From contig NW_025964223.1 of NCBI RefSeq assembly GCF_023055435.1, forward strand, positions 49,476,001 to 49,540,000: a DNA stretch of 64,000 nt, written 5' to 3'. The notes below the pieces were generated by a model. That model was not told the DNA's origin and ran no database searches. It saw only the letters and a program-made list of their open reading frames with translations. Origin of the DNA: Haliotis rufescens (lineage: Eukaryota). Shown here one piece after another: positions 11,120 through 24,273 of the stretch; the stretch's first letter is position 1; each line of letters opens with the position of its first letter. A program made the position numbers and the translations under genes.

Positions 11120-14100
11120 TTAGATGCGCTTAATTAGGCCTGTTTTGATTAGGAATACGCCTAGGGCCTTGAAGTTTTCTAGTTTATTTTGAGGGTTTAG
11201 TATTTCATCTAGAGTAGGAACCTTATTTAGATTGAGGTTGGTTTGTAGTGTGGTTCTGTGTGTTTGGTAGTGGGTGCAGTGGATGAGTGCGTGTTCTGTG
11301 GTTTCGGGTTGTTTGCAGTGGGGGCAGTTGCCCGTGTCTTTTAAGTTGTTTTAGGTGGTTATTTAGGTTCGTGTGTCCTGTTTGGAGTTTTGTAATTAAT
11401 CTGTCAATTTTTTTAGAGGGGTGTAGGATTTTAGGTTTGGCTAGTGGTTTTCTGAGCACTTTTTTGATTTGGCTATTTGAGTTTTGATATTGATTATGCC
11501 ATTTTTTGGTTATTTTTTGTTTGTTTACACTTTTAATTTCTGATTTTGAGATGGGTAGGTTTAGGCTTATTTCTGGTATTTTGAGAGATAATTTAGCTGC
11601 TTTATCGGCGTTTTCGTTGCCGTAAATTCCTACGTGGGCGGGGATCCACAAGAAGGTTATTTGTTTGCCTGCTTTTGTTAGGTTGTTGGAGCTTTTAAGT
11701 ATTTGGTTTATTAATTTAGGTCGTTTTTTGGTATTTTTGTTTTGGAGGGCTTGTAGCCCACTAAGCGAGTCAGTGAGAATTAGGATTTTTTGTTGTTTTT
11801 TGATTGTTGGTTATGCAGGGCTGAGGCCATGCCCATAAGTTCAGCCGTGAATATAGATTGGTTGTTAGGGAGTCGGTAAGATTGTGTGGATATAACTGGT
11901 TGTGTGGTATGGACTCCGAAACCTGTGTGGTTGGAGATCGGGTCTGAAGATCCGTCAGTATATATGTGACACCAATTTGGCCAATTTTCGTGTATGTAAG
12001 AAAGTGTGGTGGTTTTAGCTATGTTTGGGTCGGTTTGTTTATTTATTTGGTTAGTTAGCGTTGTGTCTATTTTGGGTATTTTGAGTTTAGGGGTGAAGAT
12101 ATTTGATTTTTTGCAGTTTTGTTTAAGATTTTGAGTTTGGTGTTCATTGAGGTAGTTAGTTATTCTTTGGGATATTGGGGTAGTAAGGGGTGTTTGCGAG
12201 CTAGAGCTTGGTTTCTTGGGCTAATGTTTTGGTTAATTAGGTTTTGGATGAGAGGGTTTGTTTGGGACGCGGCCCAGAAATTAAGGCTTAGATGTTCCCT
12301 GCGTAGATTTAGTGGCATTTCTCCTGTAAGGGCCTGAAGTGAGGTGCAGGAGGTGCCATGTTGGGTGCGTGTAATTAGTTTAAGGGCTTGGTATTGTATT
12401 GAGTCAAGTTTTTTAGATAGAGAGTTGTTTAGGGTATTGTATATGGCGCAGCCGTAGTCTAGTTTTGATCTAATTAGTGTTGTATATAGTGAGAGGAGGG
12501 TATCTTTGGAGGCTCCCCAGTTAGAGCCGGTGAGACATCTTAATGTGTTAAGGTCTTTGCTGCATCTAGTTTTTAGGTTTTGGACGTGAGCCTCCCAGGT
12601 GAGGTGTTGATCGAAAATAAGTCCTAAGAATTTGGTTTGTTTTTGGAATTTGATTGTTTGGTTGTTTAGCTGGAGGATTGGGTAGGCAGGTTTCATGTTT
12701 TTATGTTTGAATACTATTCCTGTTGTTTTATCTGAGTTAAGGGAGAAGCCCCATTTGTCTGCCCATTGTTGTATTTTATTTAGAGATTTTTGGATTAAGT
12801 TTTCTGCCATTTTAATGCTTTTAGTGCGGATCCATAGGGCTCCATCATCCGCGAATTTTGAAGTGTTTAGTTTAGGGGATAAGCCCTCGAATAGATCATT
12901 TATCATTATATTGAAGAGGGTTGGGCTGAGAATGCTGCCCTGGGGAGTGCCATTTTCTAGGGGACACTGGTCCGATAGCGTATGGTCTATACCCACGGTA
13001 ATTTTGCGATTGTTTAGGAAATCTTGGATGAAGTTTATTATTTGGCCTTTTAGTCCTATTTTTTTTAGTTTTTGTATTAGCCCGTGGTGCCATACCATAT
13101 CGAAAGCTTTAGAGAAGTCGAGGAATATGCCTATGGTGTATTGCTTGTTCAGCTGTCCTGTTTTTATATCCTGTTCTAGTCGGGCAAGGTTATCGAGAGT
13201 TGATCGGCCAGGAGTGAAGCCGCTTTGGTCGGGGTTTATGATGTTGTTTTGGTCTAGGTAGTGCTGTAGCCTATTTTTAGTCATAAGTTCCATTATTTTG
13301 CAGAGATTTGAGGTTAGGGATATGGGCCTATAGGAGTTGTCCTGATCTGCTGGTTTATTTGGTTTAGGTATTGGGATTACTAGAGCTTCCTTCCATGAGG
13401 ATGGGACCTGTCCGTTTAGGTAAACTAGGTTGTATAGTTTAAGTAAAGTTTGGAGTAGTTTGGTAGGTAAGTGTTTGATTATTTGGTAAGAGGTGAGGTC
13501 TAGGCCAGGGGCTGTTCCTTTTTTTCTATTGTTTAGTACGTGATTTAGTTCTTCTATGGTGTAAGGTTGATTTATTTCTAGGTTGTCTTGTCTGATTTCT
13601 TTGGAGAATTTTATTTCTTTATTTAGTTTATCTTGGAATTTCTTACTGAAGTTACTGTTGCTACTAACTTTAGAGGAGTGTTTGGCTAGGTTGTTGGCCT
13701 TTTGGGTGGGGTTTGTTGAGTTGTTTATATTGGGGCTTTTTTTGTGCCGTTTGATGCCTCGGATGGCGTGAATTTTGCGCCACACCTTCCTAGCGTCGGT
13801 GTGGTGGTTTAGCTCCTCACAGAATTTTTTCCAGTTTTTGGTTTTAGCAGTTTTAACTAGGTTTTGGACTTGGTGGTTTAGTTCATGAGCTGTTTTGAGA
13901 TGAGAGGGGTCTCGTTTAGCTCTGTTGAAAGCTGATTTGCGTTTTAGTCTAGTTAGCTCTATTTCCTCATTCCACCAAGGGACAGTGGGTTTTCCTGGGT
14001 TGGATGATTTGAAGGGGATTGCGGATTTGGCTGCGTTGATTATGAAGTTAGTTAGGTTTTGACAGAATGTTTCGGGGTCTGTTGTTTCTAAATCGTTTAG

Positions 14101-14871
14101 ATTAGCTTCGTTGCATAATTCTTGGAATTGGTCCCAGTTGGCGTTTTTGTACTGAAATTTAGGTTCCTGTTTAGGGGTTTGATTTGGTATTTTTATATTT
14201 CCTAGGGTTATATTTATGGGAAAGTGGTCGCTGCCTAGAGGTACTGGGTGGACGTCCCACATCAGACTTTGTGCTAAGTCTGGCGTACATATTGTTAAGT
14301 CGATAGCCGACATGGTGTGGTGGATTTTGTCGTATCTAGTTGGTTGGTTATTGTTTAATAGTATTAGGTCATTTTTTTCGATCCACTCTGATATTAGTTG
14401 TCCATGGTTGTCTAGTTTATCTGCAATGCCCCAGGTAGGATGATGGGCATTGAAGTCTCCTAGGAAGATGGTTGATTTGTTTCCTAATTGGTAAAGGATA
14501 TCTAGGTCTGTATCTTTAATTGGTTTTAGTGTTGAGTGATAGATGTTAATGATTTTTATTTTTTGGTTATTGATGGTGACTTGGATTCCATTAGCTTCTA
14601 GATTAGGAGTGTTTACTTTAACTTCCTCGTAGTTTATATCCTCTCTAACGTAGATGATTAGACCTCCTCCTGTTCTGCCTGGGATGGTTTTGGACCTGTC
14701 GGTTCTCACTGCGTTATAATTTGGTAGCTTGAATTTAGTTTTATGTGAGAATTTGGTTTCTTGAATACAAGCTACATGGGGACCTTTATCTATTTTGAAT
14801 TTAGCTTTAAGTTCAGAACCATGGCCAGCGAGGCCATTGGCATTCCATTGAAAAATATTTAGGCCTTCCAT
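11120..14871 (-). pseudogene. LINE ORF2 (APE-RT-RNase H-CCHC), open to 12160 and then frameshifted, with further indels near 11800 and 11330
   Basis: 903-aa ORF MEGLNIFQWNANG...FADD...HPLLPQYPKE*; RNase H fragment WIPAHVGIYGNENAD at 11223-11651. Confidence 0.88.
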
Positions 14872-14918
14872 TGGGAAACTGGGTGGATTTATGTTTGGTT
14901 TAGGCTTGGTTTAGGTAT

Positions 14919-16586
14919 TTACTTTAGTAGGTTATTAAGGTTGCTGCTGAAACGGTCGAAAGAGGTGGTGACGAGTTGTAGTTTATGTGGTACACCAAAG
15001 AAGGCTTTGGAGCTGGCTTCTGGATTAGACTGCTTTAACATGTAAGCTAGTAGGAGGACTAAGTTGTTTAGTTTTTTGCTTGCTACGTTTTGGGTGAGTT
15101 TTTTTCTATAGCTTTTGGTTTTTGGGGCTGACAAGGTAAGATCGTTTATTTCCTCTGAGGATGTGTACTCGTCCTCTTCGGTTAAGTTATCTTTAGTTTG
15201 GTCACTCTGTTCGGTGGTGGGTTGCATGATGGGTTTGGGTGCGAGAGTCTGAGTGGTTTCTGTAGTTTCCCTGTTGACTGGGTGTTCGGGGGGTGCCTGT
15301 AGGTTTTGGAGTGTTGTTGCCCTTGTGGCTGTGATGGCTTGTGTTGGTGCTGGTTGTGTGGTGGTCGTTGTGCGTTGGGTTTTGCTTGCGGGTGTAGATG
15401 TGGTAATTGTAGGGTGAGAGGCGGGGAGGGTGAGAGTGTGAGTTTGTGGGATGTGTGGGGTGTTTGTTTCATTTGCGATGTATGCGTCTCGCTGATTTTG
15501 GTCCCATACGGAGACTGGGTATACTGTTTTGCGTGCGTGAGTGTTGTTGTTTGGGGGTGGTGTTGGTAGTAGTTGTTTGTATGCTTGCGGTGTGGGTTTT
15601 TTGGTTTGGATTTTGGCCGTGTTTATGTCTATATGTTTGTTGGCCTGTTGGGTGAGTGATAGTCTGTGGGGGCATTGGTTGGAGAGTGATGAGTGTTTTA
15701 TGGATTTGCAGTGGATGCACCAGGGTGTGCATATCCCTGGGCAGTCCGTTTGGGCACAGTTTTTGCATTTAGTTTTTTTGAAAGTACATTGGTTAGCGGT
15801 GTGATTATATTGTAGGCAATTTGAACATTGCCTTACTTGCTTGATGTAGGGTTTGACCTCTAAGTTATGGTTAGCGCCGAAAGTGATATGTTTGGGGGCT
15901 TCAGGGTGTTTAGCTGTTTTTTTTAAGTTTATTATTACAATAGGTGTGGGGGTGGTTTTCCCGTTTCTGTTTGATTTTATCCTGCGGAGGCTAGTTATTT
16001 GTGGTTGGGTTTGGATAGTGTTAGCTTCTTTGGCGTATATGTCGAGGTCCTCGTCGGTTTCCCTTGGGTGCACTCGAATAACTCCCCTAGTGTATATTTG
16101 CCAGTTAGGTTTAGAGCTATTTACGGTGAATTGGAATATTTGTTTAATTTTAGTTGCTGCTATGTAGGATTCCTGATTTGGGAAGATTATCTGATATCCT
16201 TTGAAGCTACGTTTGATGTTTAGGTAATTGATTTTTTGTTGCCTTAGCCACATGCCTATTTTATTTATGGTTAGTGTTGGAGCTAGTTGTACTGAGGGGG
16301 TGGCCGAAAAAAAGTAGAGGGCCCACGTGGTGATGAGGGCTGCGGGTGAGAGGGTGTGTGAGGTAGGTGATGCCGATGCGTCTAGTTTGCGTTTTTTTGT
16401 GTTGCATGCTTGGGGAGGTGGGGTGCTGGGTTGAGTTTCCATGTAGGAGGCTTGAGGGTCTTGATCGCCGTAGCCTGTTGGAATGAGTGAGGGTGTTGCC
16501 CTGTCGGAGGTGTTGTGCGCCTCCGCAGGTGTAGGGGATGTAATGCCAGAGATTTCGCTTATCTCGATTTGTCTTTGGTCTGCCAT
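14919..16586 (-). CDS. LINE ORF1 (gag-like, zinc knuckles), 555 aa
   Basis: CSNCLQYNHTANQC (CX2CX4HX4C), CKNC...C and CIHC...H...C knuckles; KKRK NLS-like motif; lies upstream of ORF2. Confidence 0.92.
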   Translation of the reverse strand: MADQRQIEISEISGITSPTPAEAHNTSDRATPSLIPTGYGDQDPQASYMETQPSTPPPQACNTKKRKLDASASPTSHTLSPAALITTWALYFFSATPSVQLAPTLTINKIGMWLRQQKINYLNIKRSFKGYQIIFPNQESYIAATKIKQIFQFTVNSSKPNWQIYTRGVIRVHPRETDEDLDIYAKEANTIQTQPQITSLRRIKSNRNGKTTPTPIVIINLKKTAKHPEAPKHITFGANHNLEVKPYIKQVRQCSNCLQYNHTANQCTFKKTKCKNCAQTDCPGICTPWCIHCKSIKHSSLSNQCPHRLSLTQQANKHIDINTAKIQTKKPTPQAYKQLLPTPPPNNNTHARKTVYPVSVWDQNQRDAYIANETNTPHIPQTHTLTLPASHPTITTSTPASKTQRTTTTTQPAPTQAITATRATTLQNLQAPPEHPVNRETTETTQTLAPKPIMQPTTEQSDQTKDNLTEEDEYTSSEEINDLTLSAPKTKSYRKKLTQNVASKKLNNLVLLLAYMLKQSNPEASSKAFFGVPHKLQLVTTSFDRFSSNLNNLLK

Positions 16587-17045
16587 GCTGGGATAGGGTG
16601 TATAGGATGAGTGTGTGTTGTTGTGGTGTTTGAGGTGAGGGGTTGTGGGTGGAGTGTTTTGGAAGGGGTGAGTAGTGTTTGCGGAGTTTTGGTTGTTTTT
16701 GGGTTTGTGAGTTGTTTAAAGCTTTTAGAGATTAATTAGAGGGCTTGTGTTTTAATTTGAAGTGTTTGAGTTTGTTTAGGTTGGCTTTGTGAGTGTAGTT
16801 TTAGGTTTGGGCTTGGGTGTGAGCGTTGATTAGGAGGTGTAGGTTGTTGTGAATGGATGGGTGAGTGGTTATATAATTACCTTTGAAGTTCTCCCTGGGC
16901 TTGCTATCAGCGGTGCTGTGCGTGGGCTTGAGGAGGCTCTGGAGGCTTGGAGAGGTGTTGCTCGCTTGGAGTACAAACTGCAACTGAATGGTCTGTTTAC
17001 CAATGTGTGGTGTCTATATGTAGCTAAAGTTTGCCGATAAGCATT

Positions 17046-17164
17046 GTCTACGGCCATACCACGTTGAAAACACCGGTTCTCGTCCGATCACCGAAGTTAA
17101 GCAACGTCGGGCCCGGAGAGTACTTGGATGGGTGACCGCCTGGGAACACCGGGTGCAGTAGACA
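17046..17164 (+). rRNA. 5S rRNA
   Basis: Identical to 7942-8060, followed by T5. Confidence 0.98.
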
Positions 17165-17771
17165 TTTTTGCTGTGCGATTCCCACTTTTTTTCATTTTCG
17201 ACCATAAGGTGCACTTGCCTCATTCACATCTGATGTAATCATACACTTTTATTTCCTTGTAAATGGCCCCACTCATGCATGTCTGCTCAAAGACATAGCT
17301 GCCAGCCATGTATTCTTACATACCTTTACAGAAAGGAATTTTCCACTATACATGTGATCATATTCAGTTGTCAGTTCACCAAACTCGTCAACTATTCTGA
17401 AGGCATGTATGTCCTTTTCGCCACATAAAGGTGTTTGCGTGCACCGATAATTGACTATTTTACTTACTTTCTTACTTTCAAAGCATGAATATATAATATA
17501 TACATGTAAAATTATAGAATGCACTGGACGCCGAGCTGAACGGACGTGTTTTTTGTAGCTCCTCCAGACAAGGGTTATGTAATGACATAAGCCCACAAGG
17601 GCGAAACAGTATGATGAATACTACAGCCTTGTGAGAAAGTGGACGATAATAATTGTGAATTACTGGAGATTCGTGATGCATTACCCTGAGATATTTGGAC
17701 TATTTTGTGATTGACCACTGGACATCTCAATGTAAGGTAAAACAATCCTTCTTTATACCTTTATATTGACA

Positions 17772-19142
17772 ATGAGTCAAAGTGCTCAAGCGTACTCAAC
17801 ACAACTGCCAGATGAACTGGACTACAATATATTGAAGCAGCTTGAAGAGATAATTGGCGAAAATGATAGAAAGACTTGTGAGCAGAAATTGGTTGACGCC
17901 TATGATAATGATGATACAGGGCTCAATCATATCAGAGAATCTGTCTATGATGTAGCTAAAGCAGAGTGTGGAGACTATCCAGAGGGCATTTTGATTAAGA
18001 GAGTCAATAGAAGTGGTCAAACTAAAAGCGTAGCAGAAAAATATGCATCTGATGTGTATCTGCTCTATAAGTTTGTTAAAGGTGCTATTCCAGCTCATGT
18101 GATTCAGACTGATGTCTTAAGTAGACCAAAGCAAGCCTGTATGAAGCCTACTACTGATGTAGCTATGGAAAAGGACAAGGACATATTGTCAAGTGTATTG
18201 GCGAAACTAATGTTCTTGCACGAAGATGTAAACAAGAAGTTTGACAGTGTGCGCAGACAACTGGATCAATTTCAAGACAAATATGACAGAGATATGTTAC
18301 AGTTAATCAGTGCATATGATGAAAAGAGCGATGAAGTGAAAAGGTGTACGGTTGTGATTCAGACACTTCGTTCAAATGAACAGTCAATGAAGACGGACTT
18401 AATTCAATTACGTAATCAACTCAAACAGAAAGAGACTGAGTTACTTGAATTGAGAGGAAATGTGAAAGAAACAATTATATCTATTGACAAGAATGTGCGC
18501 GTTGTCGATGGAAAAATAGATTGCATGAACACGAGAAACAAACTTTTATATTCGGAGACTGTTACGAAGGGAAGCCCAAATTCCAACAGACCTATATCCC
18601 CACCCATTCAGAGGACCGATTACACGAGTATAGACTCTCGTCAATTCCCAAGCCTCCCATTCAGACCTCAGACTCATGACAATGCAGGCAGTAAAGACCC
18701 AAGCTCTGAAGACACTTCCCCCAAGCCGCTCATTGTCAAGCATGATGGCGTCGACAGACAAAAGCAAACTAAACCTGTAAACAATGTAAAGGAGACAAGA
18801 AATGTTACATTCAACAATCAGTGGGAAAAGTCTTTTGCCGGTGTCTATAGAAATAGAAACAAAAGACTGGTCCTAAGCTATGTCAGAGCTGACGAACCAT
18901 TTGACGTTGTTAAAGATGCTATATGTGACTATGCTAAGAATCGTGATGTAACTATCACAAATGTGAGACTCATGAAACACTCGGAAGGGCGACGCAATCC
19001 TACCTTCACCATTCGAATAACTGTCCCACAGCAATGTGCAGATATCATCTTGGATGATGACTGCTTCTGGCCCGAAAACGTTAACTGTCGTGAGTGGCTA
19101 CCGAATAATGTGTGGTACAATGACGATAAGGCTGAACATTAA
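17772..19142 (+). CDS. LINE ORF1 (coiled coil plus C-terminal RRM-like region)
   Basis: First ATG at 17772. Heptad-like central segment and a C-terminal FWPENVNCREW motif; lies directly before ORF2. Confidence 0.75.
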   Translation: MSQSAQAYSTQLPDELDYNILKQLEEIIGENDRKTCEQKLVDAYDNDDTGLNHIRESVYDVAKAECGDYPEGILIKRVNRSGQTKSVAEKYASDVYLLYKFVKGAIPAHVIQTDVLSRPKQACMKPTTDVAMEKDKDILSSVLAKLMFLHEDVNKKFDSVRRQLDQFQDKYDRDMLQLISAYDEKSDEVKRCTVVIQTLRSNEQSMKTDLIQLRNQLKQKETELLELRGNVKETIISIDKNVRVVDGKIDCMNTRNKLLYSETVTKGSPNSNRPISPPIQRTDYTSIDSRQFPSLPFRPQTHDNAGSKDPSSEDTSPKPLIVKHDGVDRQKQTKPVNNVKETRNVTFNNQWEKSFAGVYRNRNKRLVLSYVRADEPFDVVKDAICDYAKNRDVTITNVRLMKHSEGRRNPTFTIRITVPQQCADIILDDDCFWPENVNCREWLPNNVWYNDDKAEH

Positions 19143-19144
19143 TA

Positions 19145-22100
19145 ATGTTGATGAACAATTTTAGACTTGCGACATATATACTTGTTCTAATGGCAATCCT
19201 TCGCATGATTACGTGGAATGTGCGTGGGGCATTGAATTGCTTAGATGAAATTCGCTCAAAACTAATGAGCTGTGACATTTTGGTTATTACCGAACACTGG
19301 CTGGACGACACACGTGAATATCTACTCTATGACTTGGATGATGACTTTAACGTCTATGTTAAATGTCAGCATGACCACTTATCTCAAAGAGGCGCAGGGG
19401 GTATAGCCATATTTATTCGTAAAAGTACATGTCGGAGGTCGTCAGCAATTAGTATACCTTCAAGCGAGCATATCATTGGGGCTAAACTCTTCATTAATAA
19501 ATGCCCTATGTATATAATTGGTGCTCGCCTTCCCTCATCTAACGTATTAGATAGTGTATACATAGAAGAAGTTAATAATGTACTGGAGATTTATGATAGA
19601 TGTTCTCATCAAGGGGAGACAATTCTTCTGGGTGATTTTAATGCAGACCTGCGGCATGGAATTATATTGAAACGCAGAGCGAAATATCTGCAAAGAGTGC
19701 TCACTGAACGGAATCTAATCTCTGTCGTACCCCTTGACGATAATGCCTTTTTTACCTTCACAAGTAAATGTAAAACTATAAGAAGTATGATAGATTATGT
19801 GTTCATTAATCTCCAACATGTTAGTAACGTTGTTGGTTATACTTTAGATACTGGTGTTCAATACTCAGTATCAGACCATTGTCCGATATTCCTATGTCTG
19901 AGTACTGATTCCCAGCCACGCCACCATGGCGGTGAACATCTAAACTGGCGTAAAGCTAATGACGTAGACTTTATGTTATACCGATATGAAACTGAAAACT
20001 ATTTTAGATGTGCTCAGTTTGACGAAACTCAGTACGCATCTCCTCATGAATACATTGAAAGTTATCACGACTATATCCTACAAGCGTTACATGCTGCAGC
20101 TAAACTAAGTATACCATCTTCAAAATTCCAATCTCATTTAAAACCATACTGGAAAAAAGATAATTTAAATACGTTGCATCGTACAATGCGACAACGCCGT
20201 AGTGAATGGATCTATAATGGTAAATCTCATGATAAAGAGGATGCAAATTACATTGAGTATAAAAGAGCAAAACGTATCTTTAGGAAGCAGCATCGCCGTT
20301 CCAAACAAAAACTGAAAGACGAAAAGTTTCAGGAAATATATGAAGCAGCTGAGGTTGATATAACAGAGTACTTTAGAGTAACCAAGAAATATAAAAGAAA
20401 GAAGGAACAAACCCAGACGCTTGTGTATAATGAAGAGTCCTGTAATACACAGGAAGGAATTTGTAATCTGTTTTCCAAATATTTCAAGGATTTATCAATG
20501 CCAAATCATGATATCAATTTTGACTCAGATTTTACTGATTATGTGAATATTCGCATGGAACAGATTGAAAATGACTCGTATAATGACCAAGGGAACAGCG
20601 ACGTTAGTTCCACGTTGATTTGTCCTTTCACATCTGATGAGTTATTGGCAACTATAAAACGTCTAAAAAGTGGAAAATCGCCTGGTCCCGATGGCATAGT
20701 TAATGAACATATCAAATACTCTGGTAGATCTATTATCCAACACCTTGTTATATTTTATAATAAAATTGTTTCTCATGAATATGTACCTAAAATGTTTAAC
20801 GTTGGAAAGATTTTACCTATCCATAAAGGCCATGGTAAACGTAAAGACGACCCCACTAACTACAGAGGTATTACCGTCACTCCAGTATTAAGTAAACTGT
20901 TCGAAAGACTTCTGCTGAATAGAATTGAAGAGTGGGCAAACAAATCTAAAGGCTTCCCCCACCGCTTTCAATTTGGATTTAGGAGAGGGGCTGGGGCAGA
21001 AACTGCCCTGTTTACATTAATGGAAAGCATAGCTTATTATAACGAAAGACAGTCTCCAGTTTACTGCGCTTTTCTCGACAACGAGAAAGCTTTTGACAGA
21101 GTCTGGCTTAATGGTCTTTTCTTCAAACTGTATAACTTTGGTATTAATGGAAAATTATGGCGACTTCTACGCACAATATATACCTCAATGCAGTCATGTG
21201 TAAGCATTGGAGGTTTTACCTCAAATGTGTTTCATGTTAAGCAAGGTGTTGGCCAAGGTCGCGTTTTATCGGCATGGTTTTTTACTCTATATATTAACGA
21301 CTTGTTGTATTCACTTGATGATTTAGGGCGTGGCTTGTGTCTTCCATGGGGTAATACACCCGGCATCCTATTAGCAGACGATACTACGCTGTTGAGCAGC
21401 TCCTCTGACGGACTGCAATGTCTACTGAATAATATATACACCTATGCTAATAGATGGCATTTGAAATATAATGCCAGTAAAAGTGCATTTCTACTGTTTG
21501 GGAATATTCGCAAATCTGTCTCTCAATGTGTCTACATTGGTTCACAAGTACTTCCTAAAAAGGAAAATGTAACTTATGCTGGATTGCTTCTAAGTACATC
21601 AAAGAAAACCTTAGAACGTACCCATCTAATATGTGAAAAACTCAGAATGTTAGTCAATATAAATTATAATCATGGACTATACTTTGGTGGCTTAAATCCT
21701 ATCCCAGCTGTTCGTATATGGGAAAGGGTAATTTTACCATGTGGATTATTTGCTTGTAGTGTATGGGGTAAACTGTCACCGAAGGAATACGAAATGCTTG
21801 AAATTATTCAACGTTATTTTTGTAAAAAGATTCAAGGACTGTCTAGACGCACTCCTTCCGTCGTCACCAGAGATTGTCTGGGTTAAATTTCTCTCCAGGC
21901 GTACATTGATCAACGAGCTCTCTTATTTCTGGGAAGACTATGTAATAGTGACATTAACTTTGCATTTAAAAGACTATTTCAGCACAGACTTGTTCAGTTT
22001 GAACTCGATACAATTAAAGAAAAAGATGATAAATGTAAAATGTCACCCTTGTACCACATGCTTTCACTTGTAAACAAGTATGAACTCAATAATGACATAA

Positions 22101-22639
22101 ACACATATACCATTTATTCTCATTTCCCCTCAAAACATGCATGGGCGAGTCGAGTTAAAGAACAAATAAGCGTAGGTGACCATAACATAATTCATGCAGA
22201 GATTCATTCAAGAGAAAACCTAAAACGATACTCTCTTATACGATCACCTAAGGTACACAGACTTTGGTTACTAACAATTGAAAGGCCGGAACACTTCTAT
22301 GATTTAGCATATTTATTATGCCTTAGCACCTACAGTATACAATCTGATGAATGTTTATGCGGCACATTTGCTTTTGATATTATCAAACATGTGTTTATGT
22401 ATTGTAAAAAGACTCAACAACAAAGAAATATTCTTGTTGAGTCTATTATTGATTTGCTAGATGTGACAACTTTTTCTAGTATCTGGAACGATGATGACGA
22501 TACCTTTCTGTCCTTTTTACTTGGCGGTTTGCCAACAGAAAGTACTATGGCAATTGAATACAATCTATGGGCAAATATCATGCTTCGTGTATGTAAAACT
22601 GTTAAAATGTGGAAAAACCTACTAAGAAACATTATTTGA
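19145..22639 (+). pseudogene. LINE ORF2 (APE-RT) with one in-frame stop at 21884-21886
   Basis: TWNVRG, GDFNAD, SDHCP, SPGPDGI, NYRGIT, KAFDRV, QGRVLS, LADD. The same frame continues after the TAA (ISLQAYIDQRALLFLGRL) into 22040-22639 with CLCG...H...C. Confidence 0.9.
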
Positions 22640-23709
22640 TAACGATGTGAAACATGTGATCATATTCAGTTGTCAGTTCACCCAACTCGTCAACTATTCT
22701 GAAGGCATGTACGTCCTTTTCGCCACATAAAGGTGTTTGCGTGCACCGATAATTGACTATTTTACTTACTTTCTTACTTTCAAAGCATGAATATATAATA
22801 TATACATGTAAAATTATAATGTTGTTCGTGTTAAGTCTCGGCTCACATCTCTTTGCCTACACAGATAAGAAAAGGAGAAAGAGTTAGATCGTACAGAGCG
22901 CCTGTCAATAGGAGTTCACTGGCTTGCTGCTGGAAAATGTATTTTGAAAGCTGTGAGCAAGCTGATCACTGTTGACACGCTTTAAAAATATGAAAAAAAA
23001 CGACGTTACTGTGTGATAAACCAGCTATTTTATGTTCCCCGTTCTAGCTGATCGCTGGCAAACGTACTTTAGACTTATTAGAAAGTATTTCCATACATTT
23101 CTCTCGCCATACAACAGGTAGATGTGACATGTTGCAGGTAGGGGGCTAGGCGAAACGCACACGACCAAGGGCGCACAACTCTTGGCGCTCTATTTGAAAA
23201 GTCGTGCACAGGCGAGGCGTGTGTCGGTAAAACACCCCGTGGATGTCGGGCCTTTATCGCCGTTTTACACCTTTGAACACAACGTGCATGTGCAGCTACA
23301 CACATAGGAAGTCTGCACTCAGGATATTATATATATCAACGACACTAATCGCCTCACTTTCCAACATACACCCATTTGGGGGGTTAATAAACAAGCATAA
23401 CAACAGTCATTAGTGTGAAGACACACTACCCCACCCCCCCCACCCCCACCCACCCCCCCCCCACACCCCACACACACAATAAAATCCCTGACATACCTTT
23501 ATCATCATCACCTATGTGTGTTATGTGCGTGGTGGGTGTTGCTGCCACGTTATCTCTGTTATCACGAGAACCTGCACTTTATTACTGCTAATATACATAT
23601 TTATTGTTTTGTTATCAGTGTTTTCAAGTTTTCTTTTGGGGTATTTGGATGGCCCTGAAAAGGGCCTTTGGACCACAGAAATGTGGAGCGAAGGCGTGAC
23701 AATGAGAGC

Positions 23710-24273
23710 TTAAGCCTTCTTTGGCTTGACTGCCTTCTTCTTGGGGGTCTTGACCTTCTTGGGTTTGGCTGCTGCCTTCTTGGGTGTCTTCGCCTTCTTG
23801 GGCTTGGCTGCAGCCTTCACCTTCTTTGGTGACTTAGCGGCCTTCTTAGCGGCTGTTTTGGGTTTCTTGGCAGCAGCTGGCTTCTTGACTTTCTTGGGGG
23901 ATTTGGCAGCCTTCTTTGGTTTGGCAGCTGCCTTAGCCTTCTTGGGTTTTTCGTCTTTCTTTGCCTCGCCAAGACGGAATGATCCAGCGGCTCCAGTTCC
24001 CTTTGATTGCTTCAGTGCGCCGTTCTTGACTCCATTTTTCAAAGCAGTCTTGATGCGAGCATTGATGGCCACCTGGTTGTCACCAACCTTGTAGTTGGCC
24101 AAGATGTATTTCAGAACAGCCTGTCGGGAAGAACCACCCCTCTCCTTCAGGGTTGAAATAGCTTTCTTGATCATCTCCAAATAGGTAGGATGTGCGGCAG
24201 CCTTCTTAGGCTTGGCAGCAGCCTTCTTCTTGGGAGTCTTGACAACAGCGGGGGCAGCAGCAGCATCAGCCAT
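23710..24273 (-). CDS. H1: Histone H1 (separated from its promoter by a LINE insertion)
   Basis: Intact 187-aa ORF; only 4 bp of native 5' UTR remain before the LINE tail. Confidence 0.95.
   Translation of the reverse strand: MADAAAAPAVVKTPKKKAAAKPKKAAAHPTYLEMIKKAISTLKERGGSSRQAVLKYILANYKVGDNQVAINARIKTALKNGVKNGALKQSKGTGAAGSFRLGEAKKDEKPKKAKAAAKPKKAAKSPKKVKKPAAAKKPKTAAKKAAKSPKKVKAAAKPKKAKTPKKAAAKPKKVKTPKKKAVKPKKA

Larger units (their letters stand above)
10846..16990 (-). mobile_element. Full-length I-group-like non-LTR retrotransposon (subtype B), 45-55 bp upstream of a 5S gene
   Basis: 11-bp TSD GTCTGTTTACC (10835-10845 and 16991-17001). 5' end (CATT)CAGTTGCAGTTTGTACTCC; the extra CATT may belong to a longer TSD. 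(TCAG)n tail; ORF1 and ORF2 present. Confidence 0.96.
17517..22651 (+). mobile_element. Unrelated two-ORF APE-RT non-LTR retrotransposon without RNase H (clade uncertain; RTEX/CR1-group-like)
   Basis: Spacer breaks after aaattata (17516) and resumes at acatgtgatcat (22652). Contains ORF1 and an APE-RT ORF2. No tail visible. Confidence 0.9.

Noticed and set aside
12695-13261. Long ORFs on the opposite strand or in alternate frames of the LINEs
   Set aside because: Expected from the compositional skew, and no recognisable motifs are present.
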